A stretch of 64,000 nucleotides of DNA from Cyanobacteria bacterium P01_D01_bin.156 (GTDB lineage Bacteria > Cyanobacteriota > Cyanobacteriia > Phormidesmidales > Phormidesmidaceae): the NCBI GenBank assembly GCA_039024555.1, contig JBCCQQ010000027.1, forward strand, positions 12,038 to 76,037, read 5' to 3'. Positions 20,032-30,624 of this stretch are shown piece by piece. A model generated the notes under the pieces. The model was not told where the DNA came from, did no database searches, and worked only from the letters and a program-made list of their open reading frames with translations. The translations under genes were made by a program, and so were the position numbers. The stretch's first letter is position 1; every line of letters starts with the position of its first letter.

Positions 20032-20454
20032 ATGTTAAAGCAAGATCAATTAATAGTTCAAAGTAGGCTAGAAGACCTATCTCAAGTACAGCAGTGGTTT
20101 GACCAGTTTTGCACTGCGTCTCAATTGCCATGGCTTGAATCCGTATTTGACAAAGTTAATTTAGCTTTGGCAGAAGGGTTCACCAATGCAGTTAGGCATG
20201 CACATGCTCATTTACCCAACGACACTCCCATTGAGATAGACTTGCTGCTTTGGCAGGAAAAACTAGAGGTTCAGGTTTGGGATATGGGTAACCCGTTTGA
20301 TCCTGACAAGTTAGTCGAACCACAACCGGGCACCCTCAAAGAAGGTGGGTATGGTTGGTTTTTGATACGTCGATTGGCCGATAACGTTGACTATGAGCGA
20401 AATGATTTAGGTCGAAATTGTCTGCGCATTGTCAAATATCCTATCCAACCTTGA
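20032..20454 (+). CDS. RsbW-like anti-sigma factor / HATPase_c kinase
   Basis: LAEGFTNAVRHA, VWDMGNPFDP, EGGYGWFLIRRLAD. Confidence 0.88.
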   Translation: MLKQDQLIVQSRLEDLSQVQQWFDQFCTASQLPWLESVFDKVNLALAEGFTNAVRHAHAHLPNDTPIEIDLLLWQEKLEVQVWDMGNPFDPDKLVEPQPGTLKEGGYGWFLIRRLADNVDYERNDLGRNCLRIVKYPIQP

Positions 20455-20512
20455 GGGTTTGTTGATGCCTTCAACGCGTGGGGGTCTTAAAATTTCCTAG
20501 GAACCAGGTACT

Positions 20513-21697
20513 TTGCAGATGCCATTAACCCACAGTTTATGGAGACAGGACTCATTTATTTTTATTGAAGTCTTTGGCTGTGAGGGGGGCATCCAGTCCT
20601 ACATCAAGGATGTTTTACTGGCGTATAGTAGGCTGCAACATTCCAGGAAAGCTCATATTTTTTTGCTTCGCGACAGCTTAGCTGATATTCCGGCTGAGTT
20701 TTTGTCACGCTTTCACGTCCATTGCTTCAAATCCGGCAATCCAATGGTGGATAGGATTCGCCTAACTTTTGCCTTAGGATGGCATTTATTGGTTAACCGC
20801 CCTCGTCATTTATATTGCGGTCATATTAATCTGGCGTCTATGGTGCATCAGCTTACCCGTCTACCAAGGGTACCTTACACCGTTCTGACGTATGGAAAAG
20901 AGGTGTGGTTTCCTCTAAAACCCAGTGAAGGAAAGGCTTTACAGTCAGCCGAGCGAGTTTGGAGCATCAGTCGTTACAGTGCAAAGCTTGTCTGCGAGGC
21001 GAATCAGTTAGCCCATCATAAAATTGATTTCTTACCTTGCATCGTTGATGGTGACAAGTTTACCCCTGCGATCGCAAACCCCGCATTACAGCAACACTAT
21101 GGCTTAACCGGGGCTCAAGTACTTATGACCGTTGCCCGCCTCTGGAAAGGAGATCCTTATAAAGGAGTAGATGTGACCATACGAGCTCTGCCTGAGATCT
21201 CCAAAACCTTTCCTAACGTGAAATATCTAGTCATTGGACGCGGAGACGATCAGCCCCGATTAGCACAGCTCGCTAAAGATTTAGGAGTTGTCGATCAAGT
21301 AGTCTTTGCCGGCTTTGTCCCCAATGAACAGCTCGTCGAACACTATCGACTGGCAGATGTATACGTGATGCCGTCCCAGGAAGGTTTTGGCATTGTCTAT
21401 CTAGAAGCCATGGCATGCGGTATCCCTGTCATTTCTGGAGATAACGATGGTTCAGCGGACCCTCTACAGGATGGGCGTCTAGGTTGGCATGTTCCCCACC
21501 GCAATCCAGAGGCTGTCGCAACTGCTTGTATTGAAGTATTGAGAGGAGAGGATCGTCGCTGTGATAGCCATTGGTTAAGGGAACAGACCTTGGCCAAATT
21601 TAGTAAATCAGCCCTATCTCTTCAGCTTCTGAAACTTTTGGGCAATGCCACCATGGCTCCAAACCCAACCGAACATTACACAAAGCAGACAAATTAA
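20513..21697 (+). CDS. Glycosyltransferase family 4
   Basis: GGIQ, TVARL, YKGVD, EGFGIVYLEAMACG. Confidence 0.92.
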   Translation: MQMPLTHSLWRQDSFIFIEVFGCEGGIQSYIKDVLLAYSRLQHSRKAHIFLLRDSLADIPAEFLSRFHVHCFKSGNPMVDRIRLTFALGWHLLVNRPRHLYCGHINLASMVHQLTRLPRVPYTVLTYGKEVWFPLKPSEGKALQSAERVWSISRYSAKLVCEANQLAHHKIDFLPCIVDGDKFTPAIANPALQQHYGLTGAQVLMTVARLWKGDPYKGVDVTIRALPEISKTFPNVKYLVIGRGDDQPRLAQLAKDLGVVDQVVFAGFVPNEQLVEHYRLADVYVMPSQEGFGIVYLEAMACGIPVISGDNDGSADPLQDGRLGWHVPHRNPEAVATACIEVLRGEDRRCDSHWLREQTLAKFSKSALSLQLLKLLGNATMAPNPTEHYTKQTN

Positions 21698-21772
21698 GCT
21701 AAAACACTCGCCCATAGAATTCACACTTAGAATGTATAAATCTAGCGAATCTACGGTACAAGAAACGAGATT

Positions 21773-22201
21773 ATGGCGAATAGCGGCTTTAGACAGTTAC
21801 AGCTGAATTTCTCAGGTATGGGGTGTTGGTTAACCCTGGGAATTGGACTTATGCTCATGACAACCGTGGGCATTGGCTGGCTATTGAAGTCCCTGTTTGC
21901 CCTTTTACTACTGTTAGTATTAATTCCGGTTGTACTAGTGGTTGGCGTACAGATTTGGCTAAGACGAAATCTTGTTCAGGGCGATTGTCCATCTTGTGGT
22001 CAGGCATTGACTGGTTTTAACACCATGCCCCTATCCTGTCCCAGTTGTGGCGTGAGTCTTCAAACCATCAACGGTAGCTTTGTAAGGGCGACTCCAGAAG
22101 GCACAATTGATGTAGATGTCATCAACGTAGATGCAGTCAACTCAGATAGTGATAGCAAAACCACCATTGTGGATGTAGATGTGCTTCCCCCCGCTGAGTA
22201 A
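21773..22201 (+). CDS. Hypothetical membrane protein with Zn-ribbon
   Basis: Two TM segments then CPSC-x11-CPSC. Confidence 0.75.
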   Translation: MANSGFRQLQLNFSGMGCWLTLGIGLMLMTTVGIGWLLKSLFALLLLLVLIPVVLVVGVQIWLRRNLVQGDCPSCGQALTGFNTMPLSCPSCGVSLQTINGSFVRATPEGTIDVDVINVDAVNSDSDSKTTIVDVDVLPPAE

Positions 22202-22236
22202 TTCCCCCTATCAACAATTTTCTGGGTCGTTTATGA

Positions 22237-22280
22237 CACAACGCCCTGCGACAAGTCTCTACCTATCGCAGGGCGTTGTG
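22237..22280. terminator. Hairpin between convergent genes
   Basis: 15-bp inverted repeat CACAACGCCCTGCGA / TCGCAGGGCGTTGTG. Confidence 0.7.
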
Positions 22281-22299
22281 CATTTGACAATGGCGTAGA

Positions 22300-22701
22300 C
22301 TAACGAAGGTTCAGGGAAAAATCAGCCCCAGCTCCATCAATATCGCCCACGTAGAGTTCATAGTTACCGGGCTTATAAAGACCACGAGATTGAATAATCC
22401 CCCCATCAAAGTCATGGGCAAGAATACATTCTCGTGAATTATCAGGACCAAGCATTAGCAGGGTATGGTCCCCAGAGCCAGAAACTTCAATGGACACCGA
22501 TGTTGCCGAGGGTCCAATGGAAAAAGAATAATCTGGTTTATCTGGAATAAAACCACAGTCTGCAGATGTTTGCGAGCCACCACTAGTGCCGGTAACTGGT
22601 CTGGTAGTTTGCTGACCATAGGCGGCCGTAGGTGCAGCTATGGCTAGCACCATGAGAAGAGAAGTAAGGTTTTTTGTGGCAATATTTTTCATCGATAGCA
22701 C
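22300..22701 (-). CDS. Small secreted protein (PPC-like beta domain)
   Basis: Signal peptide, CGFIP..PDY, TLLMLGPD, PGNYELYVGD; preceded by GGAGG. Confidence 0.7.
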   Translation of the reverse strand: MLSMKNIATKNLTSLLMVLAIAAPTAAYGQQTTRPVTGTSGGSQTSADCGFIPDKPDYSFSIGPSATSVSIEVSGSGDHTLLMLGPDNSRECILAHDFDGGIIQSRGLYKPGNYELYVGDIDGAGADFSLNLR

Positions 22702-22962
22702 CTCCGCAACTTATTGGGGTAGCCTTACGAGGACACGCAGTCTTTGTCTGAACACCATTCCTGTGGAATGTATATGTAAATACTAAAGATTGGTATGAAA
22801 AACAGATTTAGCTATGTGCCAGTTTCCCAAGCTTGAATAAATTGGAATTCTTGTATAGCTTTTAATATCTGATTTATCAGTTTTATAGGGTAGTGCCAAT
22901 TATTTAGTTTTTATAAGGTTAGGTCGCAACCGTAATATCCAGCAAAAGATCAAGGTGGCTAC

Positions 22963-25236
22963 GTGGCTCAGCAGCAAATCATGGATGTTCGTAATTCAAT
23001 GGTACTTGTCCCTAAGGCAAAACCAGTTGCTTTAGCCTGTAAACGCCTAATTGCCTGGAGTCTAGAGGTAGGACTGGTCTTGGTGAGCGCTGGAATCCCG
23101 TGGGGGTTAGGCCATTACCTGCTGACAGCCGACCAAAAAGCGATATTTACGCCAGAAACCGTAGCCATAGATCCTAATACCAATGAGGCAACTAGAGAGA
23201 ACAGTCTGGTTCGCTTAAATCCGGTCCTAGAGACAACCCAACAAATATGGGCAAGCATCGCCCAAATCCCTCCCCATCAGCTATATCGCTGGGTCCCCCG
23301 ATGGACAGACACACTTTGGACAGTGGCTTTCGTTTTACCGTTCGGGGTAGCAGGAATACAGGTAATTCAGCTAATTCAGTGCGGGCGTACTTGGCCAAAA
23401 CGATGGCTAAAGATTCAGGTATTTTCACTGGTGGGTGGCCAATTGACGCTACGACAGATAGCTGCTCGTGAGTTATTGCGTTGGGGACTACCTCTGGGTT
23501 TAGTGGGGGGTGTCGCGTTGCTAACAGGGGCTTCCTTTGGGCTATGGACACCCGCTGTAATTGGCTTACTAGCCATGCTTGAAGGCTGTAGTGCGATCGC
23601 ACCAGACAATCGAGCCTGGCACGATCGCATTGCCGGTACTCGCGTTGCCCTGACACCAGATAGAGAGGCTGCACTGTTAACCCAAGTCTCTCACCCAAAC
23701 CTTGACAACGTAAGCGTTACTGCACTAGGCGAGGTTATTGCGCCCAATCAGCTGCAGTTATACGGTGAAAACGTAGACGATGATGACTGGTGGTTAACTG
23801 AAGCAGACGGTAACCTGACCTCTTTAGTACTCGCACCACGCAAAGGGCTGATTGAGACTCTTCCCCCCAGTCAGCTTGTTCTAGCGAAATCATTAGTCCC
23901 TGGTCGCTGGATTTGGTGGTTATTAACCACAGGGCTAGTCATCGCGGGGGGCATAGGATTTTTTGCGGGTCGAGCAACGCGGCTATCGGCTAGTCCCCAG
24001 AGCAGTGACGATATTTTTCTAGAGACTGTTCAAGACTTAATAGACAATAATCAGCGAGATAATGAAGCGGCCATTTTAATGATGGCTCAAGTGAACGATC
24101 CTAGAACGGTTTACTATCTGGCTGATTTACTAACTCAGACCACTCACCCTGAAAACCTGATCACACTGCAACAAGCTCTGATCAGTAAAGGATTGGAGAG
24201 CATACCATCCCTACTAGCATTGAGTCATGGCTTTGAGATTGATCTACAACAACCTCTCGATGAAGCCACTCGCCAAACACGTCTAGCTCAGCGTCACATA
24301 GTTCAGGGCGCAATCTCTAAACTCTTGGCCATCCATAGTAATCAGTTAGACGGCACGAACTTAAATCGTATTAATTTGAGTCTTTATCAAGATAATGAGC
24401 GCACCTTTCGCCTCATTCAGCCTGGATTACTAGCTGCAGGCACCAGTTGGCAAAGCGCTAATTTGTACCAGGCCAATCTAGCTCAAGCTAGTTTCTTTGA
24501 TGTAGGGCCTGACGGGAAGTCTAACTCCTATGATGATGTCATCAGCGACTTGAGTGGAGTCAATCTCACCGCTGCCAGCTTAGAAGACATCAACTTGCAG
24601 GGAGCTCAATTGGTTAACGCGACTCTGAAACAGGCCAATCTGACAAATGCTAATCTGACCTACAGCAATTTAGAAGATACACAATTGAGCAAGGCTCGTC
24701 TGATGCATGCCAACGCGACGAAAAGTCGTTGGCAGGGTAGCAACTTGGTAGGGGCAGATCTAACTCAAGCTATTTTTGATCAAGCCAAGATGCCGCAAGC
24801 CCGATTAAACCGGGTCAATGCCTCCCACAGCCGTTGGATCAGCGCGGATTTATCCGAGTCTCATTGGGTGGGTGCTAACTTAATGGGTGCAGACTTTAGT
24901 CAGGCCACTTTAGCCTATGCCAATTTTCAAGGGGCAGATCTAGATGGCGTCAATTTCAGTCAAGCTGATTTGAGGCAGGCAAACTTACGAGAGGCCGATC
25001 TCCAGCATATTAATTTGACTGGAGCAAAGCTTACAGACGTCGATTTTGCAGGCGCTATTTTTGAAGATAGCAGTAGCCTTACTGGCAGTTTTATTACTCC
25101 CAATGCTCAACTAGGTCCTAAACATCTCAAGGGAGTAAACTTTAGCCGTGCTCGCAATTTGGATGAACGCCAAATCACCTATATTTGTGCCCAGGGAGGA
25201 GTTCATCCTGCTTGTATCTCAGAGCAGAGTGATTAA
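22963..25236 (+). CDS. RDD-domain membrane protein with C-terminal pentapeptide repeats (HglK-like)
   Basis: RDD motif RAWHDRIAGTRV, several TM segments, long A-[DN]-L-x-x repeat tract. Confidence 0.85.
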   Translation: MAQQQIMDVRNSMVLVPKAKPVALACKRLIAWSLEVGLVLVSAGIPWGLGHYLLTADQKAIFTPETVAIDPNTNEATRENSLVRLNPVLETTQQIWASIAQIPPHQLYRWVPRWTDTLWTVAFVLPFGVAGIQVIQLIQCGRTWPKRWLKIQVFSLVGGQLTLRQIAARELLRWGLPLGLVGGVALLTGASFGLWTPAVIGLLAMLEGCSAIAPDNRAWHDRIAGTRVALTPDREAALLTQVSHPNLDNVSVTALGEVIAPNQLQLYGENVDDDDWWLTEADGNLTSLVLAPRKGLIETLPPSQLVLAKSLVPGRWIWWLLTTGLVIAGGIGFFAGRATRLSASPQSSDDIFLETVQDLIDNNQRDNEAAILMMAQVNDPRTVYYLADLLTQTTHPENLITLQQALISKGLESIPSLLALSHGFEIDLQQPLDEATRQTRLAQRHIVQGAISKLLAIHSNQLDGTNLNRINLSLYQDNERTFRLIQPGLLAAGTSWQSANLYQANLAQASFFDVGPDGKSNSYDDVISDLSGVNLTAASLEDINLQGAQLVNATLKQANLTNANLTYSNLEDTQLSKARLMHANATKSRWQGSNLVGADLTQAIFDQAKMPQARLNRVNASHSRWISADLSESHWVGANLMGADFSQATLAYANFQGADLDGVNFSQADLRQANLREADLQHINLTGAKLTDVDFAGAIFEDSSSLTGSFITPNAQLGPKHLKGVNFSRARNLDERQITYICAQGGVHPACISEQSD

Positions 25237-25249
25237 CGCTAGTAGACCT

Positions 25250-25582
25250 ATGCAACGAACTCGGTTAAGTGTGTTATTTGAACAAGCGGGTCAGCGGTTT
25301 AGTCAGTGGGCATTTAATCCGTGGCGTCGCCTTTCTTTAGCCATCATCTGTTTACTCTTTGGAAATTTTTTCGCCACGGCAATTTCGGCAACAGCAGGGC
25401 AAACAGCAGGTATTGATATTTTGCTCTCTGCGATTCTTTTAATTTTGGTCGAGCTCGTGAGCTGGCTATACCACCGCTCCCGATTTAATAACCAACGTAC
25501 CGTGTTACCGGAATTGCTCAATTCCTTTAAACTTGGCATGGTATATGGCTTGTTTGTGGAAGCTTTTAAGCTAGGGAGTTAG
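25250..25582 (+). CDS. Ycf20/DUF565 family membrane protein
   Basis: MQRTRL...NPWRRLSL...LNSFKLGMVYGLFVEAFKLGS; ATG 25250 preferred. Confidence 0.85.
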   Translation: MQRTRLSVLFEQAGQRFSQWAFNPWRRLSLAIICLLFGNFFATAISATAGQTAGIDILLSAILLILVELVSWLYHRSRFNNQRTVLPELLNSFKLGMVYGLFVEAFKLGS

Positions 25583-26279
25583 GGCTAGCCTGAATGCGCT
25601 TTACCAACTGGAAGGCAGACTTTTCAATGGTTTTCCAGTCTTGATGAAGTACCTGATCCGATTTGAATAAGCTACTGGAAATACCAACAGCCGTCGCTCC
25701 AGCGTTTAATAAACTGACAGCATTTTTGCTGGTGACGCCGCCTGTGGGAATCAAAGGGATATGGGCGATAGGGCCTTGCAAACATTGAATGTAGTTAGCG
25801 CCCCCAAGAACTTTGATGGGAAAAACTTTCACACTGCTCGCTCCTCCATGCCAGGCTGTGACAATTTCGGTGGGAGTCATGGCTCCGGCAATCATGGGAA
25901 TGTGCACCGACCGACCATGGTGAAGCAAGGCTAGGGATGTGTGGGGACTAAAGCAAAACTGTGCTCCTGTTGCGATCGCAACTCGTAAGTCCTCTTCAGT
26001 CAAAATCGTACCCACTCCAACCATGCAGTCAGGAAGGGCTTTTTGCACAGCTTGTAACAATGCCACTGGCTGATAGCTATTCCAAGTGATTTCTAAGAGC
26101 TGAATTCCACCAGCGGCGGCAGCCAACGCCATATTTAGCCCACTATCTACCGTCTCGGCTCGAATCACACCAATGACTCGGTGAGTTCGCAACGCTTGGA
26201 GCCATCGCTGCTGATACTCCATAGGATGCCTTAAATTTTGGGGACGTTGATGAACAGTGGACAGAACTGTCATAAACAA
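25566..26279 (-). CDS. eda: KDPG/KHG aldolase
   Basis: VIGVIRA, LEIT, GVGTIL, GAMTPTEI, VKVFP, IPTGGV. Confidence 0.9.
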   Translation of the reverse strand: MFMTVLSTVHQRPQNLRHPMEYQQRWLQALRTHRVIGVIRAETVDSGLNMALAAAAGGIQLLEITWNSYQPVALLQAVQKALPDCMVGVGTILTEEDLRVAIATGAQFCFSPHTSLALLHHGRSVHIPMIAGAMTPTEIVTAWHGGASSVKVFPIKVLGGANYIQCLQGPIAHIPLIPTGGVTSKNAVSLLNAGATAVGISSSLFKSDQVLHQDWKTIEKSAFQLVKRIQASPNSLA

Positions 26280-26520
26280 TAAATTGAACCGTAAGGCAAA
26301 AAGATCTTGCTGCTCCTTGGCAGAATTTTATCTGTAGGATGCGTACGTACGTTTTACGAAACGATTCATCCTCTTACTAGCAACGGCATTATTGTGCGTG
26401 AAGCCACCCACTTTGCCACACCTCTTAGGCTTTTAGACCAATTTGTAATACAGAAATTATTGATTTGGTAAGAGCTGCTAACGATTCACCAACCCATGTA
26501 ACAAAGCCAAAGACAAACAA

Positions 26521-26546
26521 AAGCCGTAGGTTATTACCTACGGCTT
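26521..26546 (-). terminator. Intrinsic terminator after ftsH
   Basis: AAGCCGTAGGT / ACCTACGGCTT stem with T-rich tail on minus strand. Confidence 0.75.
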
Positions 26547-26584
26547 CAGAATTTACGCTGGAATTCGCTTATACCGAAAGCGTG

Positions 26585-28429
26585 CTAAACAATACCCGCC
26601 ATGCTGACATTATTATCAATTAGCAGTCGCTGTAGCTCATCAGAATCCACAGTCTCTTTATCAACTAGCATGTCAGCAAGCTGATCCAGAACATTCCGAT
26701 TTTCTACAAGCACCTGCTTGGCACGGCTGTAAGCAACATCCACCAAGTCGCGAACTTCAGAATCAATGACAGAGGCTGTCTCTTCAGAAAAATCGCGCTC
26801 AGTAGCAATATCTCGGCCCAAAAAGGGATTGCCCTGCTGGCGTCCTAAAGCGACGGGACCGAGCCTATCGCTCATACCGTATCGAGTCACCATCTGACGA
26901 GCCGTTTGCGCCACTTGCTGCAAGTCATTAGACGCTCCTGTAGTGACCTCTTCATCACCGAAGACAATCTCTTCAGCCAAACGTCCACCAAGGGCCACTG
27001 CCATCCGGTTCTTTAGATAAGAGCGGGAATACAAACCAGACTCCAAACGCTCTTCACTTGGTGTAAACCAGGTTAAACCACCTGCTTGGCCGCGAGGAAT
27101 GATGCTAATCTTTTGCACCGGGTCGTAGTCAGGCATTAAAGCGCCTACTAGAGCATGTCCGGCTTCATGGTAAGCCACCAAAGACTTACGCTTTTCGCTC
27201 ATCACTCGATCCTTCTTCTCAGGACCTGCCAAGACACGATCAATCGCATCGTTGACCTCATCCATTGAGATTTCAGTCAGGTTACGACGAGCAGCCAAAA
27301 TAGCAGCTTCGTTGAGCAGATTGGATAAATCTGCACCAGTAAAGCCAGGAGTACGGCGAGCAATCTTTTCAAGATCGACATCCTTACTAAAGGTCTTACC
27401 GCGAGAGTGAACCTTGAGAATTTCCAAACGACCAGAATAGTCAGGGCGGTCCACTACAACCTGTCGGTCAAAACGGCCAGGACGTAGAAGTGCAGCATCC
27501 AGAACGTCAGGACGGTTAGTTGCCGCAATAATGATGATCCCAGTGTTGCCCTCGAAACCATCCATCTCAGTTAGTAGCTGGTTGAGGGTCTGCTCCCGCT
27601 CATCGTTGCCACCTCCCAAACCAGCACCGCGCTGACGACCTACGGCGTCAATCTCATCGATAAAGACGATGCAAGGAGCATTGGTCTTAGCCTGTTCAAA
27701 TAAGTCGCGAACACGGGAAGCACCCACACCCACAAACATTTCGACAAATTCAGAACCGGAGATGGAGAAGAATGGGACACCAGCTTCACCAGCTACAGCT
27801 TTAGCCAACAAAGTCTTACCAGTACCTGGAGGACCCACTAGCAAAACGCCCTTTGGAATCTTTGCACCAACAGCAGTAAAGCGGTCGGCGTTCTTCAGGA
27901 AGTCAACAACTTCCGTTAGCTCCAGCTTTGCCTGGTCAATACCAGCAACATCACCAAAGGTAACCTGGGTCTGTGGCTCCATCTGGACCCGCGCCTTAGA
28001 CTTACCAAAGTTCATGGCTTGGCTACCAGGACCATTCTGCGCACGTCTAAGCACAAAGAATAGAACCACCAACAGCAGAATAGGAATGAGCAGCGTACTC
28101 AGTAGCTGCAGCAAGCGATTTTCCTCAGCCTGTCGCTGAACTTCGATGTCAACCGAATTTTCAGTCAGAATATCGACTAGACCAGGATCGCTGGGCAGGT
28201 TAACCACAATCCGACGCTCTTCACCGGACGGATCAGGGAACCGCGCCTGGGTACGGTCAGCACTAATGTAAACCTTCTCAATAGAGCCATCTTCAACAGA
28301 ATTGATGAAGCGACTGTAGCGCCATGCCTCGGTTTCAATACGAGGCTGTTCAAAAAATGCGGTAGCTAATGCAATGACAACGACTACAAGTAGTACGTAG
28401 AGTCCTGCGTTTCTCCAGCGCTTATTCAC
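26585..28429 (-). CDS. ftsH: ATP-dependent zinc metalloprotease FtsH (FtsH3-type N-terminus)
   Basis: [20 protein letters not shown]-terminus [14 protein letters not shown] start after AGGAGG. Confidence 0.97.
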   Translation of the reverse strand: MNKRWRNAGLYVLLVVVVIALATAFFEQPRIETEAWRYSRFINSVEDGSIEKVYISADRTQARFPDPSGEERRIVVNLPSDPGLVDILTENSVDIEVQRQAEENRLLQLLSTLLIPILLLVVLFFVLRRAQNGPGSQAMNFGKSKARVQMEPQTQVTFGDVAGIDQAKLELTEVVDFLKNADRFTAVGAKIPKGVLLVGPPGTGKTLLAKAVAGEAGVPFFSISGSEFVEMFVGVGASRVRDLFEQAKTNAPCIVFIDEIDAVGRQRGAGLGGGNDEREQTLNQLLTEMDGFEGNTGIIIIAATNRPDVLDAALLRPGRFDRQVVVDRPDYSGRLEILKVHSRGKTFSKDVDLEKIARRTPGFTGADLSNLLNEAAILAARRNLTEISMDEVNDAIDRVLAGPEKKDRVMSEKRKSLVAYHEAGHALVGALMPDYDPVQKISIIPRGQAGGLTWFTPSEERLESGLYSRSYLKNRMAVALGGRLAEEIVFGDEEVTTGASNDLQQVAQTARQMVTRYGMSDRLGPVALGRQQGNPFLGRDIATERDFSEETASVIDSEVRDLVDVAYSRAKQVLVENRNVLDQLADMLVDKETVDSDELQRLLIDNNVSMAGIV

Positions 28430-28490
28430 AGGGAGTAAGCCTCCTAAAATTTGTATTTTCAGCCATTCCAGCGAGCGTGCCGAGCTGATA

Positions 28491-28508
28491 GTTGTTAACT
28501 TATGTTAA
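28491..28508 (-). promoter_or_regulatory. HLR1-like (RpaB) direct repeat upstream of ftsH
   Basis: Minus strand TTAACATA-AG-TTAACAAC vs consensus KTTACAWW-N2-KTTACAWW (7/8 and 6/8). Confidence 0.45.
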
Positions 28509-28540
28509 CGCATTTCAGGATTCTGCATAACTTACATCGA

Positions 28541-29356
28541 TCAGTCGTTTTGCTCGCCGCTTGAAGGACCGTAAAACGTATGCCTGAGGGCACTTAAACC
28601 TTCGTGGGTAGACCTATAGTTTAGTTTAATATTCCCAAACAAAACTGTGTGCACTGGCATTATTTCCACAACGCAGTTGCTGTAGGCAAGGGATTCAAAC
28701 TGCTTTACTAAGCTCAAGGTCCAATTTTGCTCATAAACGAACTGGTGGCCTAAACGCTTGAGAAGCTGGGTGCGACAAATTCCAGGTAATATACCAGCGC
28801 TGAGCGGTGGTGTAGCCCATCGTCCATCTTGATATCCCCAAAGGTTACCTGTGCTAGTTTCTAGCCAATCGCCTGTGGAATTAATCAATACAGCATCGCG
28901 CGCACCATGACGTTTGGCAGCCTGCATGGCTAGCCAACAGGGCAGATAATTACCGGTTTTGTGAGCTGGCATAGTCCGTCGGTATTGCTCACCTTTAGCA
29001 ATCCACAAAGTCACGCCCTCCTGCTGTTGCTGGCCCAGATTTTCAGGAAGTGGACGCCCGGTAATGAGTTCGTTGCCATCAGCCAAAATCATAACGCGTA
29101 AGACTGGATAGCTCTGAAGCAAGCTTTGACAGCCCCGAATAACGTTTGGCCAGTTGGGTTGTGGCCAGTGAAATGTATTGAGAGAATTGGCGATGCGATC
29201 GCGATGTAGCTGCCAGGCCGTCAGCGGATGCTCCAGATTTTTCTCATAAACCCGCATCGTCGTAAACACACTGGCACCATAGGCCAAAGCCGGGTCGCTG
29301 GGATTAATCGTTATTTGATTTTGGTCATGTAGGCGGCCCGCAAACCAGTACGTCAT
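28541..29356 (-). CDS. Aminotransferase class IV (PabC-like)
   Basis: YGASVFTTMR, HKTGNY, ETSTGNL, GILPGICR; ATG 29356 preferred. Confidence 0.88.
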   Translation of the reverse strand: MTYWFAGRLHDQNQITINPSDPALAYGASVFTTMRVYEKNLEHPLTAWQLHRDRIANSLNTFHWPQPNWPNVIRGCQSLLQSYPVLRVMILADGNELITGRPLPENLGQQQQEGVTLWIAKGEQYRRTMPAHKTGNYLPCWLAMQAAKRHGARDAVLINSTGDWLETSTGNLWGYQDGRWATPPLSAGILPGICRTQLLKRLGHQFVYEQNWTLSLVKQFESLAYSNCVVEIMPVHTVLFGNIKLNYRSTHEGLSALRHTFYGPSSGEQND

Positions 29357-29363
29357 GCCCGGA

Positions 29364-30458
29364 TTAACCAATACCTTCAATCATCGGATGGAAGAAAAAG
29401 GCCAGACCGATAATGGTATAGGTGGCCAGCAGCAGTGTTCCTTCTAACCAGTTAGAACTGCCATCGCTGCTAATGGAATTAGCAATCAGAATCGAAACCG
29501 CAACGGCAATTAACTGAAAATTATTAAAGTCCAGATCCATGGGTTTACCCATGAGCCAGCCAACAATTACCAGCACTGGCGCAACAAATAGAGCAATCTG
29601 CATACTGGAGCCAACGGCCACAGACAACGACAAATCCATCTTATTTTTTAAGGCAACGGTTACGGCTGTGGCGTGTTCAGCGGCGTTGCCAATAATAGGT
29701 AGCAGAATGACCCCTGTAAAGAGTTCCGACAACCCTAACTGGGATGTGGCTACTTCCAAAGAACCTACCAACCACTCAGACTCAACTGCCACCACCAGGG
29801 TGGCGGCCAGTAACACCCCAACCCATAGGGTTAAATTTGGCGTTTCATGGTGCTCCGCTTCAGCTCCTTCTTCTTCTGCTGTACCCACGTCATATAAATA
29901 GGAGTGAGTTTTCATCGAAAACAGCAACGTCAGGCCGTAGACCAAAATTAGGACAATAGCTACCGCTACTGATAGCCGCTGCAGTGTGGGCTCAGTAATG
30001 GAGGGCGAGGTAAAGTCCACCGCTGTGGGTAACAAAATAGCGATTACCGCCAGGTTCATGGACGATGCATTGACTCGGGCAATCACTGGCTGAAAGTCTT
30101 GCTCTTTAAATTTAATTCCCCCCAGCAGCATAGAAAGCCCCATCACCAGCAACAGGTTACCGATGATAGACCCCGTAATACTGGACTTAACCACATTGAT
30201 CAGCCCCTCATTCAAGGCAATCAAGGCAATGATTAATTCTGTAGCGTTCCCAAAAGTGGCATTGAGCAGCCCTCCCAACGACGGCCCTAGCACCACTGCA
30301 ATTTCCTCAGTGGCGTGGCCCATCCATCCTGCTAACGGAATAATGGCGATGGCAGCCGTTATAAAAACAGCCAATTCCCCCCACTCTAAAAAATGAGCAG
30401 CCGCAGAGATGGGGACAAACGTGAGCAACCCAAAGAAAATTAGGTTCTTAATGGACAT
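29364..30458 (-). CDS. cax: Ca2+/H+ exchanger (CaCA family)
   Basis: NATFGNATE, GSIIGNLLLV, GNAAEH, GSSMQIALFVAP. Confidence 0.93.
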   Translation of the reverse strand: MSIKNLIFFGLLTFVPISAAAHFLEWGELAVFITAAIAIIPLAGWMGHATEEIAVVLGPSLGGLLNATFGNATELIIALIALNEGLINVVKSSITGSIIGNLLLVMGLSMLLGGIKFKEQDFQPVIARVNASSMNLAVIAILLPTAVDFTSPSITEPTLQRLSVAVAIVLILVYGLTLLFSMKTHSYLYDVGTAEEEGAEAEHHETPNLTLWVGVLLAATLVVAVESEWLVGSLEVATSQLGLSELFTGVILLPIIGNAAEHATAVTVALKNKMDLSLSVAVGSSMQIALFVAPVLVIVGWLMGKPMDLDFNNFQLIAVAVSILIANSISSDGSSNWLEGTLLLATYTIIGLAFFFHPMIEGIG

Positions 30459-30624
30459 AGGGGCTTCAAGTCATCGTTGAGCATCCCCAGGTTACCCAAA
30501 TCAGGCCAGTTTGAGGGAATAATTTCAATGATTCTTGGAATGAACTTTACAAGTTATACACAGAAGCTGAAGCCCCGCAGAAAAGCATCTTAGATTATTA
30601 CTGTTCAGGTCTCGGTAAACGACG

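Noticed and set aside
24450..25060. Periodic DNA suggestive of a repeat array or CRISPR
   Set aside because: It is the coding periodicity of pentapeptide repeats; there are no identical repeats with spacers.
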